A stretch of 64,000 nucleotides of DNA from Bacteroidota bacterium (GTDB taxonomy: Bacteria; Bacteroidota; Ignavibacteria; Kapaibacteriales; UBA961), in contig JBEEPK010000002.1 in the NCBI GenBank assembly GCA_041191145.1, forward strand, positions 3,539-67,538, read 5' to 3'. The notes beneath the pieces were generated by a model that saw only the letters and a list, made by a program, of their open reading frames with translations, did no database searches and was not told where the DNA came from. Shown here piece after piece: positions 10,619 through 20,098 of the stretch. Numbering within the stretch: position 1 is the stretch's first letter; each line of letters starts with the position of its first letter. The position numbers were made by a program, and so were the translations under genes.

Positions 10619-11949
10619 GAGAGCGCCTGAACTGCTGACTTGAACACGAGACCACGATGCTCAAAATTGGCAAACATGTCGAAAGACTTGCAAGCAGGGG
10701 AAAAGAGTACCACATCTCCGCTTTTGGATTCATTTGCCGCTAGAAGCGTGGCTTCTTCCAAACTCTTTGCTTTGAGGCATCGTTTTGTCGTACAATAATG
10801 ATTGAAAATCACTTCTTGTTCTTCACCAATTGCAATGATTGTTTTGACATGTTTTTGAACGAGTGGATCCAATTCAGAATAAGAATTATTATCGCCTCTT
10901 CCACCCGCAATCCATATAATTGGCTCGGCATAACTGGATAATGCATACCATGCCGCATTGATATTCGTGGCTTTGGAATCATTGATATAATTGACATTGT
11001 TGAATGATCGGACGAATTCCAGGCGATGTTCCACACCGGCAAATTGCATGAGACCATCACGAATATTTTCATTTCGGATCTCAAATGCTCTTGCTGCCAA
11101 TGCGGCGGCCATGGAATTATACCTATTGTGAACGCCGGGGAGGCGCACATCTTTGAATGGCATTAATACTTCCTCTAAATGCTGTGAAGTAGCGAATACC
11201 AAATGTTCATCTCTCATATAAGCCCCTTGCTGCACGGGATTCATACTAAAGAATTGAATATTCGCTCTTGAAATCTCGGCGCATGCTGCTGCATCGAGAT
11301 TGTCTGCATTCAAAATTACAATATCATTCTCGTCTTGATTCAAGGAAGTTTTCCACTTTGCTTTCTTATAGCTCTCAAAGGTTCCATGATAATTCAAATG
11401 ATCTGGTGTGATATTGAGTATCATTCCCACTTTGGGTTTATAGTCTTTGATTCTATCCAATTGATAACTACTCGCTTCAATCACAAGAATAGTATTGGGG
11501 TCAATCTCATGAACGCAGTCACTGAGTGGAGTACCGATATTTCCCGCGGCAATTGCATGTTTACCTGCATTATTGAAGAGAAATGCAGTCAAAGCAGTTG
11601 TGGTTGTTTTTCCATTTGTTCCAGTAATGGAAATGATTGGATTTCTTACATGCGATGCCGCATATTCCAATTCGCTGATGATGGAGATTCCTCGAGATTC
11701 TGCTTCAAGAATTATTGGAGATGTGGGTGGGACGCCGGGTGAAGTAATGATCAAATCACATTGTTCCAATGCTTTTGATGTATGACCGCCAAATTCATGA
11801 GGAATCCCAGCATCGCTGAGGATGCCTATCGCGGATTGATATGTATCATTCAATCCAGATTCCGTGACAAATGGCTTGTCGTCGTCTTTTAAGGCAAGTT
11901 TAGCGGCTGAAAGACCACTTTTTCCTGCACCTATGATTGTTATATTCAT
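10615..11949 (-). CDS. murD: UDP-N-acetylmuramoylalanine--D-glutamate ligase-like Mur ligase (MurD or a MurD2-like paralog)
   Basis: 'MNITIIGAGKSGLSAAKLA' Rossmann N-domain and 'ITGTNGKTTTTAL' P-loop typical of MurD. The gene lies outside any dcw cluster and overlaps the M24 gene by 4 bp. Confidence 0.7.
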   Translation of the reverse strand: MNITIIGAGKSGLSAAKLALKDDDKPFVTESGLNDTYQSAIGILSDAGIPHEFGGHTSKALEQCDLIITSPGVPPTSPIILEAESRGISIISELEYAASHVRNPIISITGTNGKTTTTALTAFLFNNAGKHAIAAGNIGTPLSDCVHEIDPNTILVIEASSYQLDRIKDYKPKVGMILNITPDHLNYHGTFESYKKAKWKTSLNQDENDIVILNADNLDAAACAEISRANIQFFSMNPVQQGAYMRDEHLVFATSQHLEEVLMPFKDVRLPGVHNRYNSMAAALAARAFEIRNENIRDGLMQFAGVEHRLEFVRSFNNVNYINDSKATNINAAWYALSSYAEPIIWIAGGRGDNNSYSELDPLVQKHVKTIIAIGEEQEVIFNHYCTTKRCLKAKSLEEATLLAANESKSGDVVLFSPACKSFDMFANFEHRGLVFKSAVQALS

Positions 11950-12130
11950 GGTATTATTAAAAACAGTGTCACATCGCTCATGAAGAGTCGATTCGTTCAG
12001 ATCTCATGCGTCATGCCAACCAAGCATGACACTGCAATGTGAAGTTTGCAAGTAGAGAGTAATGATCAGTGATTGCATACATAAGTCGGCGTCCGAACAT
12101 CCTCACTGCAATGTGACACATATTCAGTGA

Positions 12131-13522
12131 TTATAAAGCCATTTCCTGATAGAAATACAATGATGCTTCCATTCCGAGACGAACATTTTCAAGTGAGAAA
12201 TGTTCATCGGGTGAATGTGCATTTTCGTCTTGCAAACCAAAACCCATGAGAACAGTAGGTGCATTCAATTGTTGATCAAAAATAATGCAGACCGGAATCG
12301 ATCCACCTTCTCGGGTGAAATAGGGTTCTACGCCATATGCTTTTTGAAGTGCTCTTGATGCAGCATTCATGCCTTTTCCTGTACGCTCAACCAATACAGG
12401 ATTTGCTCCATGTAAATTCACTACTTCCACTTTGACTGTTTTGGGAGCTATATTCATCACATGTTCAGTGAATTTCTTGGCGATATCTTCGGTGTCTTGA
12501 TTTGCCACAAGTCGCATCGAAACCTTTGCAGATGCTTTGGCCGGCAATACTGTTTTTGCGCCAATACCTGTGAATCCTGAATTGAGTCCATTTACATCGA
12601 GCGTTGGTCTTCCAGAAATATGTTCCAATGTTGTATACCCTGCCTCTCCAAACAATGCCGGTACATCAAGTCCATTCCTGAAAGCTTCGGAATCAAATGG
12701 TAATGCGGCATAGCCGGCTCGCTCTTCAACTGATAAATCAATCACATCATCATAAAAGCCTGGAATTGTGATACGACCATGCTCATCTTTAAGTTTTGAA
12801 ATGATTTCACAGAGTGCATTTGCGGGATTTGTGATACTACCACCATAACTTCCTGAATGTAAATCTCTGTTTGGACCCTGTACATGGATTTCCATATAAC
12901 AAAGTCCTCGCAATCCATAACATAGAGAAGGAAGTCCGGGGCCATACAATGGAGTGTCAGATACTACAACTGCATCACAAGCCAAGCGCGCTTTATTATG
13001 TTCAATATATTCCGGTAGATTAATGCTCCCAATTTCTTCTTCACCTTCGAGGAGGATTTTGACATTAATGGGTAAAGTTCCATCAATAGCCAACAATGCT
13101 TCCAGAGCCTTCAAATGAAGGAACACTTGTCCTTTATCATCGGTTGCGCCTCTGGCGAATACCTTTCCATCTCTAAAGACAGGAGTAAATGGTGGATTGG
13201 TCCAAAGATCGAGGGGATCCACGGGTTGAACATCATAATGTCCATAAAACAAAACAGTCGGCTTTTCAGGTCCTGCCTCACAATGCTCAGCATAAACTAT
13301 CGGATGGCCCGGAGTTTCATGTAATTCTGCATTCTTGATACCGATGGATTGCAGATGCTGTATGAGCCATTCTCCGCATGCACGGACATCACCTGCATGT
13401 TCCGGAGCTGTGCTAATGCTGGGAAATGTCAAAAATTCAGTCAATTCTCCAATGAAACGATCATGATGAAGTTCGAGATATTCTTTGTGTGTCATTCTTG
13501 ATTTCCTTAATGGTACAGGCAA
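12131..13522 (-). CDS. M20-family dipeptidase (ArgE/DapE/PepV-like)
   Basis: 'HYDVQP' and 'GATDDKGQ' metal-binding motifs. Confidence 0.75.
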   Translation of the reverse strand: MPVPLRKSRMTHKEYLELHHDRFIGELTEFLTFPSISTAPEHAGDVRACGEWLIQHLQSIGIKNAELHETPGHPIVYAEHCEAGPEKPTVLFYGHYDVQPVDPLDLWTNPPFTPVFRDGKVFARGATDDKGQVFLHLKALEALLAIDGTLPINVKILLEGEEEIGSINLPEYIEHNKARLACDAVVVSDTPLYGPGLPSLCYGLRGLCYMEIHVQGPNRDLHSGSYGGSITNPANALCEIISKLKDEHGRITIPGFYDDVIDLSVEERAGYAALPFDSEAFRNGLDVPALFGEAGYTTLEHISGRPTLDVNGLNSGFTGIGAKTVLPAKASAKVSMRLVANQDTEDIAKKFTEHVMNIAPKTVKVEVVNLHGANPVLVERTGKGMNAASRALQKAYGVEPYFTREGGSIPVCIIFDQQLNAPTVLMGFGLQDENAHSPDEHFSLENVRLGMEASLYFYQEMAL

Positions 13523-13638
13523 AATTACGAATTCGAAGTCTCATCAGGAATATGAAAACAGGAAACTTAAAGTTCATTATGCGTGTTTAAAGTTTCTTGA
13601 AAATTTGGTGAATATGGCCAAATAGGATAGTTTTGATG

Positions 13639-13664
13639 GAAACTATTAGGACATTAATAGTTTC
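13639..13664. promoter_or_regulatory. Perfect 10-bp inverted repeat (GAAACTATTA-n6-TAATAGTTTC), candidate TetR operator
   Basis: The palindrome is read directly from the sequence. It sits 16 bp upstream of the TetR start, in the divergent region between the M20 peptidase gene and the efflux operon. Confidence 0.45.
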
Positions 13665-13679
13665 TAAAGTGTAATTTGT

Positions 13680-14345
13680 GTGAGTGTTTTTATGATCGAA
13701 GAGCAATTGGACAAAACTAAGGATGATCTCATAAGAGAGAGATTACTATTGACCGCGATGCAAGAATTCATGCAATATGGCTTCAGTCGCATATCTATGG
13801 ACGATTTGGCGATACGCATGGGTATGAGTAAAAAAACGCTCTACAAGTACTATCCATCAAAAGAAGAACTTGTTAAAGCTGTACTAGAACTCAGAAAGCA
13901 AAGAGCCAGTGAGTTAATGGCTTTCATTGAAACAAAAGTACCGAAACATGCCTTTGGAGAAAAAATCGTACAGGTTAGCCAAAAAGTAGCAGAAAGTATC
14001 TCAGAGATTCAGCCCCATGTGATGTACGATTTGAAAAAATCATTTCCCCTGATCTTCGAAGACTTCGATGCATTTAAGAAAGCCAGTATCGTGAAGGGAT
14101 TTACCGCTGCACTGAATGAGGGGAGAGCAAGTGGTGTATTTCGTGATGATATTCCGATTGAACTCGCAGTGCATATGCATTTGACATTGATTTCAACCAT
14201 GATGAATCCAGAGTATTTATCATCTCTGCCATATACACCGCTTCAAGTATTCAATATGATTTTACGCTGTACTATGGAAGGCCTTTGCACAAATAAGGGG
14301 CGTTCCATTGTAGAAGCTTCATTATTCACCAAGACAGTTTTATAA
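13680..14345 (+). CDS. TetR/AcrR-family transcriptional regulator
   Basis: HTH 'ISMDDLAIRMGMSKKTLYKYYPSKEEL'. First gene of the efflux locus. An alternative ATG start lies at 13692. Confidence 0.8.
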   Translation: MSVFMIEEQLDKTKDDLIRERLLLTAMQEFMQYGFSRISMDDLAIRMGMSKKTLYKYYPSKEELVKAVLELRKQRASELMAFIETKVPKHAFGEKIVQVSQKVAESISEIQPHVMYDLKKSFPLIFEDFDAFKKASIVKGFTAALNEGRASGVFRDDIPIELAVHMHLTLISTMMNPEYLSSLPYTPLQVFNMILRCTMEGLCTNKGRSIVEASLFTKTVL

Positions 14346-14346
14346 T

Positions 14347-15693
14347 ATGTATTACCACATCAAGAAGAGTTGTCGAATCATCTTCATGACATTCTTATTT
14401 CTTTATTATCCATGTATGAATGCTGATGCTCAAGACACTCGTTCATTGAGTTTGCAGGATGCCTTGGACATTGGACTTGGTAAGAGCAGAATGCTATCGA
14501 TAGGCAAAGAAAAGATTAAAGCCGCGGATGCGAAAGTTGATGAAGTTCAGGCATCCAGACTACCAGCATTGAAATTTCAGACAGGTTATACCAGACTCAG
14601 TCAGGTGCCACCATTTATTGTTTCGCTTCCGATTCCGGGAACCACTCCATTTACGATTGCACCGGTGATTCTTGATAATTATGTCATGAAATTGAGTGCG
14701 GCACAACCTGTCTTCACAGGCTTTAAATTAGAGAATCTTGAAGAGTCGGCCGAGCTTGCCGCAAAAGCGGTACAATCAGACTATGACAAAGACAAAATTG
14801 AATTGATTGCAATGATCAAAACACAGTATTGGATATATGTGAAAGCCCGGCAATTCGTATTAGTTGCCAAAGAAAATGTGGAGATGCTCAAAGCACATTT
14901 GAAAGATGTGGAGATTCTGAATAAGGCCGGAATGGCACAACTAAATGATATTCTAAAGCTTCAAGTTCAAGTGTCCGAAGCTGAATATCGATTGCTCGAA
15001 GCGAATAATCAAAAGCAATTAGCAATGATGGGATTGAATAATGCTCTGAGATTACCTCTCACAACGAATCTTGAAACAACCGATAATCCTTCAGAAGCAG
15101 GAATACAAATTCCCATTGATAAAATGCTCACGGATGCAATTGAATTCAGACCAGATGTGAAAGCAGCGGATTTTCGCGTGAAGGCAAGTGCATCACAAGT
15201 GAAAGTTGCCGAGGCATCATGGTATCCGCAAGTGAGTGTGTTTGCTGAGTACAATTATAATAATCCAAATATGCGAATCGTGCCGGCAAGATCCCAATTC
15301 GATGATACATGGGCGGCGGGAATTCAACTTACAATGGATGTTTGGAATTGGGGATTGAATTCTTCCCAAACCCAACAAGCTGAAGCGCAATTAGCACAGG
15401 CAATCGATGCCGATTTGCTGACAAAGGAGAGTATTCAAATAGAAGTGATGCAAGCATATACGCTCATGAAACAGGCATCTGATAAAATTCCTGTGACTGA
15501 AACTTCCATCAAACAAGCCGAAGAACAAGTTCGAACAATTAATATTCGCTTCAAAAATGGCAATGCAATCATGACAGATGTATTGGATGCTGAAACTGCT
15601 TTGTTGTTGGCAAAGATGAATAAAGTACAAGCAATCATTGATCTCGAAATTGCTAAAGTGAAATTAGAAAAATCAATTGGACATTCATTATAA
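14347..15693 (+). CDS. TolC-family outer-membrane efflux protein
   Basis: Signal peptide and two OEP repeats. Adjacent to the MFP and RND genes. Confidence 0.8.
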   Translation: MYYHIKKSCRIIFMTFLFLYYPCMNADAQDTRSLSLQDALDIGLGKSRMLSIGKEKIKAADAKVDEVQASRLPALKFQTGYTRLSQVPPFIVSLPIPGTTPFTIAPVILDNYVMKLSAAQPVFTGFKLENLEESAELAAKAVQSDYDKDKIELIAMIKTQYWIYVKARQFVLVAKENVEMLKAHLKDVEILNKAGMAQLNDILKLQVQVSEAEYRLLEANNQKQLAMMGLNNALRLPLTTNLETTDNPSEAGIQIPIDKMLTDAIEFRPDVKAADFRVKASASQVKVAEASWYPQVSVFAEYNYNNPNMRIVPARSQFDDTWAAGIQLTMDVWNWGLNSSQTQQAEAQLAQAIDADLLTKESIQIEVMQAYTLMKQASDKIPVTETSIKQAEEQVRTINIRFKNGNAIMTDVLDAETALLLAKMNKVQAIIDLEIAKVKLEKSIGHSL

Positions 15694-15712
15694 TCCGGAT
15701 AGAGTAATCACC

Positions 15713-16774
15713 ATGAAGAAAATTCTCATACCAACAACAATCATCGTCTTTCTTGCGATCATTATTGGTGTATTGGAGTATAACAAATCGAAGGCAGAAC
15801 AAGTTATTGCCAAGCAGACCTTTGTTCAAAATGCAATTCCAGTGACAATTGCCGAAGCTGAGATAACCGATCTTAGCAATTCACTCACATTAATCGGCAC
15901 AATCATGGCCGGAAGTGATGTCAATATCGTATCAGAGGCAGGTGGACGAATTATACGATTACAAGCAAATCCAGGTCAATTTGTTTCAGCAGGATCAGTA
16001 ATAGCTGAAATTGATTCAGAATTGCGAAGAGCTTCTGTCATGAATGCACAAGCAGCTTATGATAAAGCAAAAACGGATTATGATAGAACTGAGAAAATGT
16101 TCAAAGAGGGCGTTGTGAATGCAATGCAAATGGATCAGGCACGATATGGATTTCAAGCTTCTGAAGCTCAACTCATTATGTCGAAAAGACAATTGCGTGA
16201 TACAAAAGTCACAACGCCTATCAGCGGAATTATCAATGCAAGAATGGTGGATCAAGGAGCGACTGTGGGTATTAATGCTGTGATTGCAAATATCGTTGAT
16301 ATTTCCACTTTAAAAGTGAAAGTAAATGTGTCTGAAAAAGATGCATTTGCATTGAAAAATGGTGATAAAGTTATTGTAACAACTGATGTATATACAGGAA
16401 TTGAATTCCCGGGTACAGTTTCTTCGATAGCTCCCAAAGCTGATGAAGCTCATACATATCCAATTGAAATCCGCATGTCAAATTCAAAACAATATCCATT
16501 AAAGGCGGGTATGTTTGGAAGAGTATCATTCACAAGTATTAAAAAATCTGATGCTTTGATTATACCACGAAGTGCATTGATAGGAAGTATCAAAAATCCA
16601 AAAGTGTTTGTCGTTACAGATGGAAAAGCAGAATTGCGTGATGTACAAACAGGCGCTGATGCAGGAACAAAACTTGAGATTATATCGGGTTTGCAAGCAG
16701 GAGAGTCAATAGTTACGAATGGACAAAACAATCTTCGTCCTGGATCGAAAGTCACCATTATCAATAAGAAGTAA
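15713..16774 (+). CDS. Efflux RND periplasmic adaptor subunit (MFP/HlyD family)
   Basis: N-terminal TM segment and lipoyl/beta-barrel adaptor motifs. The internal start 'MKKILIPTT' was chosen to avoid overlapping TolC. Confidence 0.8.
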   Translation: MKKILIPTTIIVFLAIIIGVLEYNKSKAEQVIAKQTFVQNAIPVTIAEAEITDLSNSLTLIGTIMAGSDVNIVSEAGGRIIRLQANPGQFVSAGSVIAEIDSELRRASVMNAQAAYDKAKTDYDRTEKMFKEGVVNAMQMDQARYGFQASEAQLIMSKRQLRDTKVTTPISGIINARMVDQGATVGINAVIANIVDISTLKVKVNVSEKDAFALKNGDKVIVTTDVYTGIEFPGTVSSIAPKADEAHTYPIEIRMSNSKQYPLKAGMFGRVSFTSIKKSDALIIPRSALIGSIKNPKVFVVTDGKAELRDVQTGADAGTKLEIISGLQAGESIVTNGQNNLRPGSKVTIINKK

Positions 16775-16782
16775 ATACCACA

Positions 16783-19700
16783 ATGACTATCACCGAATTA
16801 TCAATAAAAAGGCCGACACTTGTTGTTGTATTATTTACAGTGCTCGGTATCCTGGGTGTTTTTGGCTATTCACAATTGAAATATGAATTATTGCCAAAAA
16901 TTAGTCCTCCTGTTGTGGTTATTACAACAATATACCCCGGTGCTTCGCCTCAAGAAGTTGAAAATGGAATTACCAAATACATCGAGGATGCTGTTTCCTC
17001 ACTAGATAAGGTTACGGCAGTACGCTCGACTTCTGCTGAAGGTATTTCAGTTGTCACCATTGAATTGACTCAATCTGCAAAAGTTGATATCGCCTTACAA
17101 GATGCACAGAGAAAAGTCAATGCCGCCCAACAATTGCTTCCCAAGGATGCCAGAACTCCGGTTCTGTCAAAAATAGCTCTTGATGAAATTCCTGTTTTGC
17201 GTGTTGGTGCAACGAGTACGATGAACACTCGTGAATTTTATCAATTCATGAAGGATAAGATTCAGCCCGCTTTGTCGAAAGTCGAAGGTGTTGGTAATAT
17301 CTCTTTGCTTGGTGGAGAAGAAAGAGAAATTAAAGTGAATGTTGATATTGAAAAAGTTCGTGGTTATGGACTTGGCCTAAATCAAATCGCAGGCATGATC
17401 AAAGCTTCCAATTTGGATTTTCCAACAGGAAAAATCAAGGATAGTGATGGACAATTCATTGTTCGTTTAGCTGGGAAATTTTCAACAATCGAGCAAATCG
17501 AGAATATCATCATTGGTAGATCTAAATCGGGTGGTGATATCAAATTGAAAGACATAGCAGAAATTGAGGATGGTCGAAAAGAATATGCATCTATCAGTAG
17601 ATTGAATGGAATCACGACAATCGCCGTTCTCGTGCAAAAACAAAGTGATGCCAATTCAGTGGATGTGAGCAAAAAAGTACGCGCTCAAATGAAGAGTCTC
17701 GAAGAACAATATGCCGAGAAGAAACTCGCATTTACAATTGCCCAAGATGGATCTTTGTTTACAATCGAAGCTGCAGATGCAGTGAAATTCGATCTCATCA
17801 TAGCAATTATCCTCGTAGCTGCAGTGATGTTCATCTTTCTGCATTCACTTCGTAATTCATTGATCGTTATGATTGCCATTCCCGCATCGCTTCTAACCAC
17901 CATCTTTGCGATGTACATGCTCAATTATTCGTTCAATTTGATGACACTCCTTGCGATGTCACTCGTGATCGGTATTCTCGTCGATGATTCAATCGTGGTA
18001 TTGGAGAATATTTACAGACATCTTGAAATGGGAAAAGACAGGATTACTGCTTCCATTGAAGGTAGAAATGAAATTGGATTTGCAGCTTTGTCGATCACTC
18101 TTGTGGATGTCGTGGTATTTGTTCCACTATCGGTTGTCGGTGGTTTGGTTGGTAATATCATGCGTGAATTTGCGGTGGTCGTATTCACCTCAACTCTCAT
18201 GAGTTTGCTTGTTTCATTTACGATCACACCTGCTCTTGCTTCAAGACTTGCTAAACATGAACATCTTTCTCAAAATTCTCTCATGGGCAGACTCGCCTTA
18301 ATGTTTGAGAGATTCTTTGATAAGATTACGGGTCAATATGAACAAGTACTCGAATGGGCTTTACGAAAGCGATTGAGCAGAATGATTGTAATTATTGGAT
18401 CTTTCTTGGCAATCATCGGTGGCATGGCTCTGGTACCTCTTGGATATATCGGTGCTGAGTTCATTTCTCAATCAGATCGTGGTGAATTTGCAGTCACTGT
18501 AGAGATGCCTCCACAATATTCCGTTGAAGAAACAAATTATACGGCACTCTATATCGAAGAATTATTGAGAAGTTTTCCTGAGACAGAGCGAATATTTACA
18601 TCTGTTGGTGTTTCCAATGAAGGATTGATTGGGCAAAATTCAAATAATGCTGCAGAATTTAATGTAACCCTGAAGCCAGCCAAACAAAGACAGCGCTCGA
18701 CAGATGAGATCGGTATGCTGATGAAAGAAAAAATATCAACGATTCCAGGCGCAAAAGTCCGAGTAAATCCCATTGGTATTTTTGGTACGGCTAATCAAAC
18801 GCCAATCCAAATCGTGGTGAATGGAACGAGTTTTGAGGAAGTCTATGCTTCCGCTTCAAAACTTGCGAATGTAGCAAGATCTATCAAAGGAGCTCAAGAT
18901 GTCCGATTGAGCGTTGATGATGGAAAACCCGAATCCAGAATTGAAATTGATCGTGATAAATTGGCAGCATTTGGTTTGACCATCGGTGAAATAGGAAATT
19001 CATTGCAGATTGCACTAACTGGTGACAATTCCGCGAAATATCGTGATGGAAATACTGAATATGATATGCGTATTTTCCTCGATGAATATGATCGTTCGGA
19101 AACAGAGAAATTACTTCGCTTGCCATTTATTAATGCAAAAGGACAACAAGTTGAATTGCAACAATTCGCCTCGATTGTACCCGCAAGTGGTCCAACCAAA
19201 TTGCAAAGGGAAAATCGCAATACGGCAATTACTGTCTTTTCTCAAGCTGTAGGCAGACCTTCTGGCAATATCGTTGCTGATATTCAAAAAGGAATGGAAA
19301 AAGAGCAATTGCCTGCTGGTGTATCAATTTCTTATCTCGGGGATCAAAAGAATATGCAAGAATCATTTGTGAGCCTGGGACTTGCTCTCGGCGCAGCGAT
19401 TCTATTTGTGTATTTGATCATGGTTGCTTTATATGATTCATATATTTATCCATTTGTGGTATTATTCTCCATACCGGTTGCATTTGTTGGAGCTTTACTC
19501 GCGATGGCATTGAATATGAAAGCATTGGGTATATTTCCAATCTTGGGTATCATCATGATGATTGGATTGGTGGCAAAAAATGCGATTTTGCTTGTAGATA
19601 GAGCCAATCAAAATCGTCTTGAAGGTTTGTCGATCATGGAATCGCTTTTGGAATCAGGTCGTACCAGATTGCGACCCATCCTCATGACAACAGTGGCAAT

Positions 19701-19929
19701 GGTTTTGGGAATGCTTCCAATTGCAGTTTCGAAAAGTTCAGGAGCTGAATGGAAAACCGGATTGGCATGGGCCATCATTGGAGGTTTGACCAGCTCGCTA
19801 CTCCTAACATTGGTATTGGTTCCGGTGATTTATCATATCGTTGAATCAATAAAAGATAAAAGGGCAAAAAAGAAATCAAAGACATCAGATCGTACACTTG
19901 CTGAAATGAATGAAGGATTTACTTCATGA
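16783..19929 (+). CDS. RND efflux permease (AcrB/CzcA family)
   Basis: 1048-aa 12-TM protein with the typical 'MTITELSIKRP' start and a conserved TM4 region. Confidence 0.9.
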   Translation: MTITELSIKRPTLVVVLFTVLGILGVFGYSQLKYELLPKISPPVVVITTIYPGASPQEVENGITKYIEDAVSSLDKVTAVRSTSAEGISVVTIELTQSAKVDIALQDAQRKVNAAQQLLPKDARTPVLSKIALDEIPVLRVGATSTMNTREFYQFMKDKIQPALSKVEGVGNISLLGGEEREIKVNVDIEKVRGYGLGLNQIAGMIKASNLDFPTGKIKDSDGQFIVRLAGKFSTIEQIENIIIGRSKSGGDIKLKDIAEIEDGRKEYASISRLNGITTIAVLVQKQSDANSVDVSKKVRAQMKSLEEQYAEKKLAFTIAQDGSLFTIEAADAVKFDLIIAIILVAAVMFIFLHSLRNSLIVMIAIPASLLTTIFAMYMLNYSFNLMTLLAMSLVIGILVDDSIVVLENIYRHLEMGKDRITASIEGRNEIGFAALSITLVDVVVFVPLSVVGGLVGNIMREFAVVVFTSTLMSLLVSFTITPALASRLAKHEHLSQNSLMGRLALMFERFFDKITGQYEQVLEWALRKRLSRMIVIIGSFLAIIGGMALVPLGYIGAEFISQSDRGEFAVTVEMPPQYSVEETNYTALYIEELLRSFPETERIFTSVGVSNEGLIGQNSNNAAEFNVTLKPAKQRQRSTDEIGMLMKEKISTIPGAKVRVNPIGIFGTANQTPIQIVVNGTSFEEVYASASKLANVARSIKGAQDVRLSVDDGKPESRIEIDRDKLAAFGLTIGEIGNSLQIALTGDNSAKYRDGNTEYDMRIFLDEYDRSETEKLLRLPFINAKGQQVELQQFASIVPASGPTKLQRENRNTAITVFSQAVGRPSGNIVADIQKGMEKEQLPAGVSISYLGDQKNMQESFVSLGLALGAAILFVYLIMVALYDSYIYPFVVLFSIPVAFVGALLAMALNMKALGIFPILGIIMMIGLVAKNAILLVDRANQNRLEGLSIMESLLESGRTRLRPILMTTVAMVLGMLPIAVSKSSGAEWKTGLAWAIIGGLTSSLLLTLVLVPVIYHIVESIKDKRAKKKSKTSDRTLAEMNEGFTS

Positions 19930-20098
19930 CATTACATGTGATCACTGGAATGCTCTGCTTATTCTTATTCGGCAGAATGCTCTTTCTATTCAAATCATTG
20001 GGAGACAAACAGAAGCAAAATTCTCCCATTTTGAAGGAATTGCTCACTTTACTTGGATTGACGGCATTATTGCCATTCATACTATCATTATTTGCACA

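Noticed and set aside
19910-20098. ATG start of the PD40/OmpA gene overlapping the RND stop
   Set aside because: The translated N-terminus has no signal peptide and overlaps acrB-like by 20 bp. The downstream TTG gives a canonical signal peptide.
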